NCBI GenBank assembly: GCA_963736465.1
Contig: CAVTOS010000001.1
Coordinates: 84,472 to 148,471, forward strand
Reading direction: 5' to 3'
Source of the DNA: an uncultured Acidobacteriota bacterium
GTDB taxonomy: Bacteria > Acidobacteriota > Terriglobia > Acidiferrales > UBA7541
DNA: 64,000 bases
The position numbers and the translations under genes are program-made. How positions within the stretch are numbered: the first letter of the stretch is position 1; every line of letters begins with the position of its first letter. Shown here piece by piece: positions 43,038-52,935 of the stretch. The notes below the pieces were generated by a model. The model had not been told where the DNA came from. It was given only the letters and a program-made list of their open reading frames with translations, and ran no database searches.

Positions 43038-43970
43038 ATGCAGATTGTTGACCTCCGGCAGGTCCATTCGAAAACCCTCGACGTGTTGTTTCAGGAGGAA
43101 GCACGCCACTGGCGCGACGAACTGCATTGGGACTATCGCCCCTCGATCGATCTGATTCGCAAATTCATCGATTCCCGCTCGCTGAATGGTTTCCTCGCAC
43201 TCGATAACGGACGTCCTGCCGGCTACGGTTTCTATGTGCTCGAGGATCACAAAGGGCTGATCGGCGGCCTTTTTGTCTCTTCCGATTACGCCCAATCCGC
43301 GATTCCAAAAGAAATTCTCACCGAGATGCTGGCGGCGCTTCGTGCCACGCCGCGCCTGGAACGTATCGAGGCGCAGTTGATGCCCTTCGGAATCGAATTC
43401 GATCCGGCGTTCCTTTCAAAGGAGATGCATCTCCATACGCGGCAATTCATGCTTCTGCGACTTGCGGATGCGAAGGTGAGCGAAAAGCCGCTCTCGCCCG
43501 CATTTCGCATGGAGCCGTGGAGCGACCGCGCGTTCGATTCCGCAGCGAAATTAATTCAGCTTTCCTACGCGAATCACGTCGACGGCGATATCAACGATCA
43601 ATACCGCTCCGAAGCGGGCGGAATGAAATTCCTTCGCAACATCGTGATTCTGCCGGGATGCGGTCAGTTTTTGCCGGAAGCTTCATTCCTCGTGCGTCCC
43701 GCCACGGGAGATCGACTCGTCGGCATGGTTCTTACTTCGACGGTGAAGGAACGCGTGGGGCATACGACGCAAGTGTGCGTCCTGCCCGGCTACCAGGGCC
43801 ATCGCATCGGACGCTCCCTAATGGAAGCTTCGATCCACGCGCTAATACGCCGCAAGTACGAGTGGCTGTCGCTTACGGTGACGGCGGTGAATACTTCCGC
43901 GGTGCAGCTCTACGAGCATCTGGGCTTCAAAACGATCAAGAAATTCGCAGCAGGCGTCTGGCAGGCGTGA
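43038..43970 (+). CDS. GNAT family N-acetyltransferase
   Basis: C-terminal acetyl-CoA binding motif VLPGYQGHRIGRSLM...AVQLYEHLGF. Confidence 0.65.
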   Translation: MQIVDLRQVHSKTLDVLFQEEARHWRDELHWDYRPSIDLIRKFIDSRSLNGFLALDNGRPAGYGFYVLEDHKGLIGGLFVSSDYAQSAIPKEILTEMLAALRATPRLERIEAQLMPFGIEFDPAFLSKEMHLHTRQFMLLRLADAKVSEKPLSPAFRMEPWSDRAFDSAAKLIQLSYANHVDGDINDQYRSEAGGMKFLRNIVILPGCGQFLPEASFLVRPATGDRLVGMVLTSTVKERVGHTTQVCVLPGYQGHRIGRSLMEASIHALIRRKYEWLSLTVTAVNTSAVQLYEHLGFKTIKKFAAGVWQA

Positions 43971-43979
43971 GGAATTAAA

Positions 43980-44444
43980 TTACTTCTTCGCGCGATCCTT
44001 CAGCAGCCCCTTCAGCTCGTCCATAAATTCCTTCACATCCTTGAAGTCGAGATACACGGACGCGAATCGCACATAAGCGACTTTGTCGAGTTTCTTCAAA
44101 CTTTTCATCAGTAGTTCGCCAATTTCTGACGTAGTGCGTTCGCGCTCCGGCGCCTCGCTCACATACGCTTCAGCCTCGTCTACAATCGTCTCGAGCTTCC
44201 CCACCGGCACCGGACGCTTCTCGCACGCCTTCAGCAATCCCTGCAAAATTTTCTGGCGGTCAAATTTCTCGCGACGGCCGTCCTTCTTGATGACCATGTA
44301 AGGAATTTCATCAATGCGCTCGTAGGTAGTGAACCGGCGGCTGCACTTCAAGCACTCGCGGCGGCGGCGAATCAGGTCGCCAGTCCGCGCCTCGCGCGAA
44401 TCCACCACCTTGTCATCCAGATGCGCGCAGAAAGGGCACTTCAC
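43980..44444 (-). CDS. nrdR: Transcriptional repressor NrdR
   Basis: MKCPFCAHLDDKVVDSRE...RRRRECLKCSRRFTTYE zinc ribbon plus an ATP-cone (KKDGRREKFDRQKI...). Confidence 0.9.
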   Translation of the reverse strand: MKCPFCAHLDDKVVDSREARTGDLIRRRRECLKCSRRFTTYERIDEIPYMVIKKDGRREKFDRQKILQGLLKACEKRPVPVGKLETIVDEAEAYVSEAPERERTTSEIGELLMKSLKKLDKVAYVRFASVYLDFKDVKEFMDELKGLLKDRAKK

Positions 44445-45712
44445 CGCGAACTCTCTTCCGAACGCGCAGCCTGCGGCTCTGTGCCATCCATCAGACCGGC
44501 TTCGCTCGAGCGTTCCTGTTCCTTCACCATCCGCCGCAAATCTCCCGTAGACCAGCCTTCACTCAGCATCAGTGGAATACCCGCCAAACAAACAGTCGCA
44601 AACGCAATCAGCCACACAACCATCGAAGCCGCCACAGCCGGCTCATGTTCTACTCCAAAAATCAGGGTCAGCACAAGAATCGTGCTGGCTTGCGCTCCGC
44701 CACCCACGCCCGGCAATTGCGCCACCGAGCCCACCATAGCGAAGGCTAAGACGAGCAGTGCGTCAGTAAAGTGGAGTGTTGCCAGTTTGCCGCCAAACGC
44801 GCGCATCACCCATAGATACACAAAGGCAACCAGGATCCAGTGCACAGTCGTGTACAAAATCAGCAAGAAAAGATCATTCCATGTACGAATCGCCTGCAGC
44901 CCCTCGCTGAATCCTTCGACCAGCACAACTACCTTCTCGCGCCATCCCGTGCGCCATCTCGCGTTCCGCAGAAAATTTGTGAGCAATCGCGCGCCCTGAA
45001 ATCGGAAGTAGACCAGCACCGCGACGGTCGCAACCAGCCCATAGACCAGGGCCCGCCCCACCGAGCGCGCGAAAACCAGTAGGTGCGCGGTGCGCTCGTT
45101 CACCAGTCCACCCTGTTGGAAAAGAGCCAGGGCAACAGCAGCCAGCACCGCCGTGGCGGCAATATCCGAAATCCGCTCCAGAAAGAAAACGCCAAACATT
45201 CCCACCACCGGCAGCGAATCCTTCTTGGCAATCAGCACCGGGCGAATGGGTTCCCCGGGGCGTCCCAGCAAAAAAAGGCAGGTGAACCCCATCAGCGTCG
45301 CTTTATACACATTCCAGAAATGCGTATGGCCCAGGATGCGGGAAAACTGCATCCAGCGCAGCGCTCGAATCGCGTAGCAGACGTAAATCGCCACCATCGC
45401 CAGCAGCAAAAGAGAAATATTTGCGTTACGAACCGACTCGGCTACCATGCGCCAATCGAAGTTTTTCAAAGCGCCGGAATGCCCGAGTTCGTAAACAATG
45501 AAGGCGAGAACAACTGCCACGATGAGAAAGGTGAGGTACTTGCGCCACTGGGAAGGCATTCGCGGCAAAAAGCTAACAGTTACATTCGGAAAGTTCAAGA
45601 CGGGCGTTCCCTGCAGTTTCTTCTGCATGGACGCGGCTTGTGTTCCCTCGTGCAGGGCAGCTAAGATGCATCGCGATGGTGTGGAACTTTTCGACCCCAT
45701 TTTGCGTTTCAT
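44441..45712 (-). CDS. UPF0104 (LPG-synthase-TM / HpnL-like flippase-like) membrane protein
   Basis: About 8 TM segments. ATGA overlap with nrdR. The start is uncertain because several in-frame Met precede the first TM. Confidence 0.6.
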   Translation of the reverse strand: MKRKMGSKSSTPSRCILAALHEGTQAASMQKKLQGTPVLNFPNVTVSFLPRMPSQWRKYLTFLIVAVVLAFIVYELGHSGALKNFDWRMVAESVRNANISLLLLAMVAIYVCYAIRALRWMQFSRILGHTHFWNVYKATLMGFTCLFLLGRPGEPIRPVLIAKKDSLPVVGMFGVFFLERISDIAATAVLAAVALALFQQGGLVNERTAHLLVFARSVGRALVYGLVATVAVLVYFRFQGARLLTNFLRNARWRTGWREKVVVLVEGFSEGLQAIRTWNDLFLLILYTTVHWILVAFVYLWVMRAFGGKLATLHFTDALLVLAFAMVGSVAQLPGVGGGAQASTILVLTLIFGVEHEPAVAASMVVWLIAFATVCLAGIPLMLSEGWSTGDLRRMVKEQERSSEAGLMDGTEPQAARSEESSR

Positions 45713-45756
45713 GACTGAGGCCCGAAAGGTGACGCAACGCGCGAGGCTGAGGAAGA

Positions 45757-46326
45757 TTGGAGCCCGACGCTCAACTGGTGCAGCAATGTCTCCGGGGCGA
45801 AGGGCCGGCCTGGGAGGAACTCGTGCGCAGGCACACCAGGCGCGTGTACAACATATGCTATCGCTTTACAGGAAACGCAACCGACGCGCAGGATTTGAGC
45901 CAGGAAGTTTTCCTGCGCATCTATCGGACGCTCGCGAGTTATCGTCCGGCGTATGGAGCGTTTCCCACATGGCTCACCAGCGTGACGCGCAATCTGCTGG
46001 TGGATCATTACCGGCGCACGCGCCACGACCGCGTGACGGATTCGATCGACGACGCGATGCCCGTGCTCGAGGCAAAGCACTCGCAGGCGCGAACGCCCGA
46101 TCGGCTCGCCGAAGCATCCGAGTTGAGCGCGCAATTGCAGCGCGGACTCGCCCGGCTTTCGCCCGAATTGCGCGAGGCGGTGATCTTGCGCGATTTGCAG
46201 GGCCTGGAATACAACGAGATTCAAGCAGTGCTGGAAGTGCCGGAAGGCACCGTAAAATCGAGAATCAACCGCGGCCGCATCGAGCTGGCGCGCGTGCTGG
46301 AAGAGATGGGCGTGCGGCCGTCATGA
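45757..46326 (+). CDS. ECF (sigma-70 family group IV) RNA polymerase sigma factor
   Basis: Region 2 (RVYNICYRFTGNATDAQDLSQEVFLRIY) and region 4 (LREAVILRDLQGLEYNEIQAVLEVPEGTVKSRINRGR). Confidence 0.85.
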   Translation: MEPDAQLVQQCLRGEGPAWEELVRRHTRRVYNICYRFTGNATDAQDLSQEVFLRIYRTLASYRPAYGAFPTWLTSVTRNLLVDHYRRTRHDRVTDSIDDAMPVLEAKHSQARTPDRLAEASELSAQLQRGLARLSPELREAVILRDLQGLEYNEIQAVLEVPEGTVKSRINRGRIELARVLEEMGVRPS

Positions 46327-46347
46327 TTTCGCCGGCACGGTTTGTAG

Positions 46348-46367
46348 GTCGCGGTTTCAACCGCGAC
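46348..46367. repeat. GC-rich hairpin between the sigma and anti-sigma genes
   Basis: GTCGCGG-TTTCAA-CCGCGAC with no T tract. Confidence 0.4.
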
Positions 46368-46443
46368 GCTTGGCTTGTAACTGGCAGCGCGGTTGACGTC
46401 AGAGCATGGCTTCAGCCGCTGAGGGGCAGTCGGGAAGCATAAA

Positions 46444-47142
46444 ATGGACTGGAACTGCAAAATTTCGGATGAGCGGCTGAGCGAATATCTCGACGGCAAG
46501 CTTTCGCCGGCAGATGCCTCCGCGTTTGCGGTGCACACCGCTGGCTGCGCGGATTGCGCTCAATTAATCGCCCGCGTCGGCGCGTTGGTCGGCCGGATGC
46601 ATCAGCTCTCTGAAATCGAAGAGCCTCCGCAGCTCATCCAGAATATTCTCGACGCAACCATCGGCCCGCGCACTCAAAAAGAAGGCTGGAAGAAGTGGTT
46701 TTCCTGGGTGCCGATCCTCTGGCAGCCGCGATTCGCGATGGGCATCATTACCGTTGCCGCCTCACTCATGATAGTGATTCATTCCGTCGGCATCACGCCG
46801 GCTAAGATAAAGCGCGCCGACTTGAGCCCTGCGAACCTCTTCCGTTCGGCCAATCGCCAGGTGCATCTCACCTACGCGCGCAGCGCAAAATTCGTGAACG
46901 ACTTGCGCGTCGTCTACGAAATTCAATCGCGGCTGCAGCCCGGTCCCGAGCCCTCGCCCAATTCAGCGCCTGTACCAGAGCAAAAGCAAGCGCAACCGGA
47001 TCCTTCCACGCCACAGCAAAAGTCAGATAAGAATCCGCCGCGCGACCGCACCCAGGTTCACGGCGGCAGCATGTTCGCAGTCCTGATGCCTGCGACCTTT
47101 CCCGTTTCTACCATGGCAACGCTTACCAGGAGCTCTCGATGA
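46444..47142 (+). CDS. Anti-sigma factor (zf-HC2 type) with one TM segment
   Basis: The N-terminal H...C..C motif (AVHTAGCADCAQ) is typical of the zf-HC2 family. A TM segment lies mid-protein. Position is after the ECF sigma gene. Confidence 0.65.
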   Translation: MDWNCKISDERLSEYLDGKLSPADASAFAVHTAGCADCAQLIARVGALVGRMHQLSEIEEPPQLIQNILDATIGPRTQKEGWKKWFSWVPILWQPRFAMGIITVAASLMIVIHSVGITPAKIKRADLSPANLFRSANRQVHLTYARSAKFVNDLRVVYEIQSRLQPGPEPSPNSAPVPEQKQAQPDPSTPQQKSDKNPPRDRTQVHGGSMFAVLMPATFPVSTMATLTRSSR

Positions 47143-47759
47143 CCTGCGCCGTCCACGCCGACCGCGAAGCCACCGGCTATTGCCGCAATTGCGGCAAAGC
47201 GCTTTGTCCGGAATGCACGCGCGAAGTGCGCGGCGCCCTCTATTGCGAGGACTGCCTCTCGAATCTACTCGCAGGTCAGCTCGGCCCAGGAGGCCCCGGC
47301 GCAGCGGCAGGCGGCCCGCGCTCAGACGTAAATCCAGGCCTCGCAGCCACGCTCGGCTTCATTCCCGGCCTCGGCGCGGTCTACAACGGCGAATACGTCA
47401 AAGCGCTGATTCAAGTTCTCATCTTCGGCGGCCTCATCGCCGGCCTCAATAGCGACATGCCCGGCGGATACCTCGCATTCCTCGGCATCGCCCTCGGCTG
47501 TTTCTACTGCTACATGCCGATTGATTCTTACCGCGTCGCGAAAGCCCGCCAACTCGGTCAGGCAGCCGAGCCCGGTACCATCGTCGATGCAAAAAGCGGG
47601 CGGCCCATTGGCGCATTCGTCTTAATTCTATTGGGCGTGCTTTTCCTTCTCTCAAATTTCGGCCTGCTACAGACCGACTGGTTCGAGAAAGCCTGGCCTA
47701 TCGGCCTGATTGCGCTGGGCGGCTGGCTCATCTGGGATCGCACGCACAGAAACGCTTAG
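47139..47759 (+). CDS. B-box zinc-finger membrane protein with a LiaF/DUF5668-like TM tail
   Basis: CAVHADREATGYCRNCGKALCPECTREVRGALYCEDC. The TM2-like segment is GFIPGLGAVYNGEY. ATGA overlap with the anti-sigma gene. Confidence 0.6.
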   Translation: MTCAVHADREATGYCRNCGKALCPECTREVRGALYCEDCLSNLLAGQLGPGGPGAAAGGPRSDVNPGLAATLGFIPGLGAVYNGEYVKALIQVLIFGGLIAGLNSDMPGGYLAFLGIALGCFYCYMPIDSYRVAKARQLGQAAEPGTIVDAKSGRPIGAFVLILLGVLFLLSNFGLLQTDWFEKAWPIGLIALGGWLIWDRTHRNA

Positions 47760-47769
47760 GAGCGCCCGC

Positions 47770-47985
47770 ATGCCGGACGAACTCAAAACACGCTGCACCT
47801 GCCCCAACTGCCGCATTCGCGGATTGATGGGGCCCGTGATGCTGATCACCATCGGCGTGCTTTTTCTCATCCGCGAGTACACGCGCTTTAGCATCGGCGA
47901 ACTCTGGCCGGTTCTGCTGATCGTCGCCGGCATCGTTCTCGTCGCGCAAGCCATGGCCTCTCGCGAAGGGCACATCGGTTCGTGA
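47770..47985 (+). CDS. Small two-TM membrane protein with an N-terminal CxCxxC
   Basis: MPDELKTRCTCPNCRIRG followed by two hydrophobic helices. I chose ATG 47770 inside ORF 47710..47985. Confidence 0.45.
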   Translation: MPDELKTRCTCPNCRIRGLMGPVMLITIGVLFLIREYTRFSIGELWPVLLIVAGIVLVAQAMASREGHIGS

Positions 47986-47992
47986 GGAGCGC

Positions 47993-49366
47993 GTGAGCAA
48001 CGGAGAACTGCCCCAGCAACCGCAGCGAAGCTCCATCTTTGCCGGCTTGCTTCTGATTCTGCTCGGCGTTCTCTTCCTTCTGCACCGTTACATTCCGGAA
48101 CTCGGCATCGGTCATCTGATCGCTCGTTACTGGCCGCTGTTGCTCATCATCTGGGGCATTGCGAAGCTAGTGGACCATCTTTCCGCGCAACGTACGGGTC
48201 ACGCCCGGCCTCCGGTCCTCTCGGGCGGCGAAGCCGCGCTGCTGGTGCTCCTTGTTATCGTTCTCAGCTGGATCTGGGTGGTGGACTACATTCACATGAA
48301 GCATCCGCAGCTCGAAATGGATGGCATCGGCCTTTTCTCGCATCGGCACTCCGACACCGAGGTGATTCCTTCGCAATCCATCCCCGCTGGCGCGCAGGTT
48401 ACCGTACAAACAGGCCATGGCGATCTCACCATCCACGCCAGCGACGTAAACGAAATCCGCGTGGAAGTAAACAAATCAGGCTCTGCGCCCAGTGAATCCT
48501 CGGCGCGCGAACGAATGCGGGAAGTTCGAGTTGTCATCGAGCATACCGGTGGCGGATATCTCGTTCATCCCGTGAATCAGGACCGGGCCAGCGGCAATGT
48601 TTCGGTCGATCTTGATGTCGCTTTGCCTAAGAACGTCTCGCTCACCGCCACGAGCGCGCGTGGCGATATCAACATTTCCGGAATCGGCGGTGCGATCAAC
48701 GCCACCACGCAAAACGGCGATATCGAAATTCACGATGCCGGTTCTGACGTGAGCGTCCAGCTACAGAAAGGAGACGTGCGGATATCCGATGTTCCGGGCA
48801 CCGTGCGTATCAGCGGCAAAGGCAGCCAGGTTGAAGTCTCCGATGTTGACGGCGATGCCTTGATCGAAGGGGATTTCTTCGGGCCGATTCGCGTCCGCAA
48901 CGTGAAAAAAACCACGCACTACGCATCGCAGCGCAGCGATCTCACGCTTCTGCACCTCACCGGCCAGCTCGAACTCGATTCCGGCGATATCGAAATTTCC
49001 GATGTCGCCGGTTCCGCGAAAATCGCTACACACAATCAGGATATTGACGTGGAAAACGTTGCCGGCAAGCTCGACATCTCAAACTCGCACGGCGACATCA
49101 AAGTCCGCTACTCGGATCCTCCGCGCGAGGATCTAAACGTGGTGAATGAGTCGGGAGAAATTGATCTTACGCTCCCGTCAAACTCCAGCTTCCAGATCGC
49201 GGCTTCCTCGCGCTCCGGTGACGTGCAGAGCGACTTTGAAGACGCGTCGCTCAAACTCGCGAACGAAAGCGATGCCGGACGGCTCAACGGAGCCGTTGGC
49301 TCGCACGGCCCGCATATTTCCCTCACCACGAGCTACGGCACAATCTACCTGCGCAAATCCTCGTAA
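47993..49366 (+). CDS. DUF4097 ('toastrack') beta-repeat protein with an N-terminal LiaF-like TM region
   Basis: Repeated GDI-x-I/V strands (GDINISG, GDIEIHD, GDVRISD, GDIEISD, GDIKVRY). Confidence 0.65.
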   Translation: MSNGELPQQPQRSSIFAGLLLILLGVLFLLHRYIPELGIGHLIARYWPLLLIIWGIAKLVDHLSAQRTGHARPPVLSGGEAALLVLLVIVLSWIWVVDYIHMKHPQLEMDGIGLFSHRHSDTEVIPSQSIPAGAQVTVQTGHGDLTIHASDVNEIRVEVNKSGSAPSESSARERMREVRVVIEHTGGGYLVHPVNQDRASGNVSVDLDVALPKNVSLTATSARGDINISGIGGAINATTQNGDIEIHDAGSDVSVQLQKGDVRISDVPGTVRISGKGSQVEVSDVDGDALIEGDFFGPIRVRNVKKTTHYASQRSDLTLLHLTGQLELDSGDIEISDVAGSAKIATHNQDIDVENVAGKLDISNSHGDIKVRYSDPPREDLNVVNESGEIDLTLPSNSSFQIAASSRSGDVQSDFEDASLKLANESDAGRLNGAVGSHGPHISLTTSYGTIYLRKSS

Positions 49367-49384
49367 GATCTCGGCGTTCAGCGT

Positions 49385-50686
49385 TCACACTGTGCCCGAT
49401 CCGCGTAACCGCTCAAGCGTCGCGAAAAATTCCGGGAACGAAACGCCCACGCATTCCGAGTCGCGTATCACCGTGTCGCCTTCCGCACCAAGTGCCGCCA
49501 CCGAAAGCGCCATGGCGATGCGGTGATCCCCTTGCGGATCCACTTTCGCCCCGCGCAATTTTCCAGCCGAGCGGCCGGCCACTCGTAGCCCATCCGCAAA
49601 CTCTTCCACGTTTGCGCCCATCTGCCGCAACCCCGCGGCGAGCGTCGCAATCCGGTCGCTTTCCTTTATGCGCAGCTCTGCTGCGTCATGAATTTCAATT
49701 CCCTTCTCCGTATAAGCGCCGAGCGTCGCAAGCATCGGCAATTCGTCGATCATTTCGGCCACTTGCGCCCCGGCTATGCTCCCGCCTGAAAGCTGCGAAG
49801 ATCTCACCGATAGATCTCCCATCAGCTCGCCATCCCGCAATTGCACCGAAGCAAGATTAATTTGCGCGCCGATGGAAATCAGAAAATCGAGCACTTTCGC
49901 TCGCGTGGGATTCAGCCCCACGTTGTGGAGCATCAGGGAAGAATCGGGAAGAATCAGCGCCGCGCAGGCGAGAAATACTCCACCGGAGAGATCGCCCGGA
50001 ACCGTCAGCTGCCGAGCCATGAGCTTCGGCCGCGGCTGAACTCGAATCGAATCCTTCACAGTCTCGACCGTCGCACCAAACTCGCGCAGTGCAAGTTCGG
50101 TATGGTCGCGCGTGCGCACAGATTCGTGCACCGCAGTCACGCCCTCGGCGTACAAACCCGCGAGCAATATCGCAGACTTCACCTGAGCGCTGGGTACCGG
50201 AAGCGCGTAATCGATTGCGCGCAAATTTCCGCCGCGGATTTCAAGCGGCGCCAGGTCTCCGTCGCGCCCGCGAATCTCGGCGCCCATTTGCCGCAGCGGC
50301 TCAGCCACGCGCCGCATCGGACGTTTTCGCAGCGAGTCATCGCCCGTGATTGTTGATGTAAATTTCTGTCCGGCCAAGACCCCGGAAAGCATTCTCATCG
50401 TGCTGCCGGAGTTTTCCGCATCGAGCGCGCGTTTCGGCGGCTTCAACCCCTCAAGGCCCCTGCCCGTGATTCGAATCCGTTCACGAGTCAACTCAATTTC
50501 AACGCCCAGCTTTCGCAGGCATTCAAGCGTGCTTCGGCAATCAGCCGCAGTCGCGTAATTGAATATTTCGCTGTGTCCTTCGGCGAGTGCGGCCAAAATC
50601 GCATACCGATGCGAAATAGACTTGTCGCCCGGCAACTCAACAACGCCGCTAACGTTTCCACCAGGCGAAATGGTTTTCCTACTCAC
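49385..50686 (-). CDS. aroA: 3-phosphoshikimate 1-carboxyvinyltransferase (EPSP synthase)
   Basis: LPGDKSISHR, NSGSTMR and DHRIAMA motifs. Confidence 0.9.
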   Translation of the reverse strand: MSRKTISPGGNVSGVVELPGDKSISHRYAILAALAEGHSEIFNYATAADCRSTLECLRKLGVEIELTRERIRITGRGLEGLKPPKRALDAENSGSTMRMLSGVLAGQKFTSTITGDDSLRKRPMRRVAEPLRQMGAEIRGRDGDLAPLEIRGGNLRAIDYALPVPSAQVKSAILLAGLYAEGVTAVHESVRTRDHTELALREFGATVETVKDSIRVQPRPKLMARQLTVPGDLSGGVFLACAALILPDSSLMLHNVGLNPTRAKVLDFLISIGAQINLASVQLRDGELMGDLSVRSSQLSGGSIAGAQVAEMIDELPMLATLGAYTEKGIEIHDAAELRIKESDRIATLAAGLRQMGANVEEFADGLRVAGRSAGKLRGAKVDPQGDHRIAMALSVAALGAEGDTVIRDSECVGVSFPEFFATLERLRGSGTV

Positions 50687-51106
50687 CGCGCGATTCTAGC
50701 ACGCGGCTTTCGCGCCTCGTCCCGAAGAGCCCAGCTCCCCAATATGCTTCGCAGACAATCCGATGGCAGGTCGGAATCGAGACGCAAACAACCGTTTGCA
50801 TACCATTTAGCATCTTGCTACCGTCGCCCTTGGGCCATGAAATTGCATATGCGAACTGACAGGGAGAAGGCGCTGGCGGCGAATATGAGCTCCAACGAGC
50901 TCCCGATCAGTGTCGCGCACAAGTCTAATAGGAACATTGCTCAATTCAGAAATTCAACTAACTCCCGCAGAATGAGTGCTTACGTAATTTCTAATGGACA
51001 CAAAACGGGCATTTGCGCAAAACGCCTCTCAGCGGTCCCTCTGACGAGTGGCACGCAAGTTCCCTCGTTTGCTTCTGGATTTACCTCCGCGTATCATCAG
51101 GATTCC

Positions 51107-52909
51107 ATGCTCATGAGGTTTAGAAGGTTTTGGATAGTGGTTATCGCTGTCCTGTTTGTCTGTTCACTTCCTCTTTACGCCGGAGATTCTCCCGAAATCA
51201 TGCCGCTGAGCCAGATTAAGCCGGGCATGAAAGGCGTCGCTTACACGATTTTCGAGGGCGATCAGATCGAAAAAATGGACCTCGTTGTCCTCGGCACGCT
51301 GCGCAATGCACTCGGTCCGAAGCAGGACGTGATTCTCGTGAAGCTGGTCGGCGAGAAAGTCGAGCGTACTGGCGTCGTCGCCGGGATGAGCGGAAGTCCA
51401 GTCTATTTCGACGGGAAGCTCGCCGGAGCGCTTTCGCTGAAGCTCGGCATTTTTACGAAGGAAGCGATCGGTGGCGTCACTCCGATTGAAAATATGCTGG
51501 ACGTGGAAAAAGCTGCGGCCACTCCCGCGAGCCCCATGCCCGGCGCGACCCCTGCAAACCCAGCCTCGATCGCCGATGCGCGCATTCCGCTACCCGAAAA
51601 CTACGCTCATCAGACTAGCGCCGGCGCGGGACAATTCCTCGTTCCGATTGAAACGCCGCTGATTTCCACCGGCCTGTATCCTGAAACGCTGGCGCAATTC
51701 GGAAAACAGCTTTCTGCCTGGGGCATGACGGCGATGGCCGGCGGCACAGCAGCTCCATCGCCTGACGATGCCAATCTGAAACCCGGCGACATGGTCGGCA
51801 TGGAGCTTGTACGCGGAGATCTTTCGATCGCCCCTGGGTGCACGGTAACCCTGGTGCAAGGCGACCGGATTTTCGCCTGCGGGCATCCGATTTTCGGGTT
51901 TGGCGCCGTGGCACTGCCGCTCACGCGCGGGCATGTGCTGCTCACGCTTGCTTCGTCGATGGCCTCCACGAAAATCATGTCTACCGGCGGCTTGATTGGC
52001 ACCCTCACGCAGGATCGCCTCACGGCTGTGATGGGCAAGCTTGGCTCTGGTCCGGCGATGATTCCGATGGACGTGCAACTCGCTACTCCATCTGGCGAGA
52101 AGAATTTTCATTTCGAAGTGATTGAAAGCCCGCAATTGACACCGCTGCTCGTGGCCATGGCCACCTTCAACGGAATCGTTTCCAGCCCGGCCTATAGCGA
52201 AGGTTCGACACTTTCGCTCGAAGGTTCGATCGACATCAAAGGACACACGCCGGTGCGCCTCGAAGACCTCTTCGCGCCTACCGACGCGCCGGTTCCGACG
52301 GGAGTCTTCGTAGCAACTTCCGTGCAGGGCGCTTTCGCCCGCGTCTACTCGAATCCTTACGAGCTTCCCCATCTCTCACACATTCAGATTCGCGTCACCA
52401 CGATGCCGGAGCGCCGCGTCGCCACCATCGACAATGCCTGGATCGAAAAGAGCGAAGTGCGGCCCGGCGAAACCGTGAATGTGAAAGTGCAGCTGCGGCC
52501 CTATCGCGGCGCCTCGTTCATCAAGGAAATTCCGGTGACGATTCCCGAGCAAGCGGCGCACGGCAATCTACAGCTTGTGGTGAGCGATGCGGAAACCCTT
52601 AATCGCAACGTGCAGATGCTCTCCGGCAACTCGCAGACACAGCTTCCCGGTCTCGAAGAACTGATTAATCTGATCAATCGAGAACGCCAGAATGACAGGC
52701 TCTACGCCACGTTGTTCCAGTCCACACCCACGCTTCTCGTCGAAGACAAGGAAATGCCCAATGCGCCTGCCTCCGCCATCAACGTGCTCGACCAGCGGCA
52801 GAGTTTCGGAGGCGCGCGGTTGCTCGGTCAATCGAAAGCCGGCGAGTGGTCCGTCGAGATGCACCAGGTGATCGCCGGTGAGCGCTCGTTGACGATCACA
52901 GTGAAGTGA
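51107..52909 (+). CDS. Peptidase S55 (SpoIVB-like) domain protein, secreted
   Basis: GVVAGMSGSPVYFDGKLAGAL matches the SpoIVB catalytic Ser region. Signal/TM segment FWIVVIAVLFVCSLPLYA. The long ORF-track start (50573) overlaps aroA antisense. Confidence 0.6.
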   Translation: MLMRFRRFWIVVIAVLFVCSLPLYAGDSPEIMPLSQIKPGMKGVAYTIFEGDQIEKMDLVVLGTLRNALGPKQDVILVKLVGEKVERTGVVAGMSGSPVYFDGKLAGALSLKLGIFTKEAIGGVTPIENMLDVEKAAATPASPMPGATPANPASIADARIPLPENYAHQTSAGAGQFLVPIETPLISTGLYPETLAQFGKQLSAWGMTAMAGGTAAPSPDDANLKPGDMVGMELVRGDLSIAPGCTVTLVQGDRIFACGHPIFGFGAVALPLTRGHVLLTLASSMASTKIMSTGGLIGTLTQDRLTAVMGKLGSGPAMIPMDVQLATPSGEKNFHFEVIESPQLTPLLVAMATFNGIVSSPAYSEGSTLSLEGSIDIKGHTPVRLEDLFAPTDAPVPTGVFVATSVQGAFARVYSNPYELPHLSHIQIRVTTMPERRVATIDNAWIEKSEVRPGETVNVKVQLRPYRGASFIKEIPVTIPEQAAHGNLQLVVSDAETLNRNVQMLSGNSQTQLPGLEELINLINRERQNDRLYATLFQSTPTLLVEDKEMPNAPASAINVLDQRQSFGGARLLGQSKAGEWSVEMHQVIAGERSLTITVK

Positions 52910-52935
52910 TTTCCGGGGCAAAAGGAGATGTTGTT

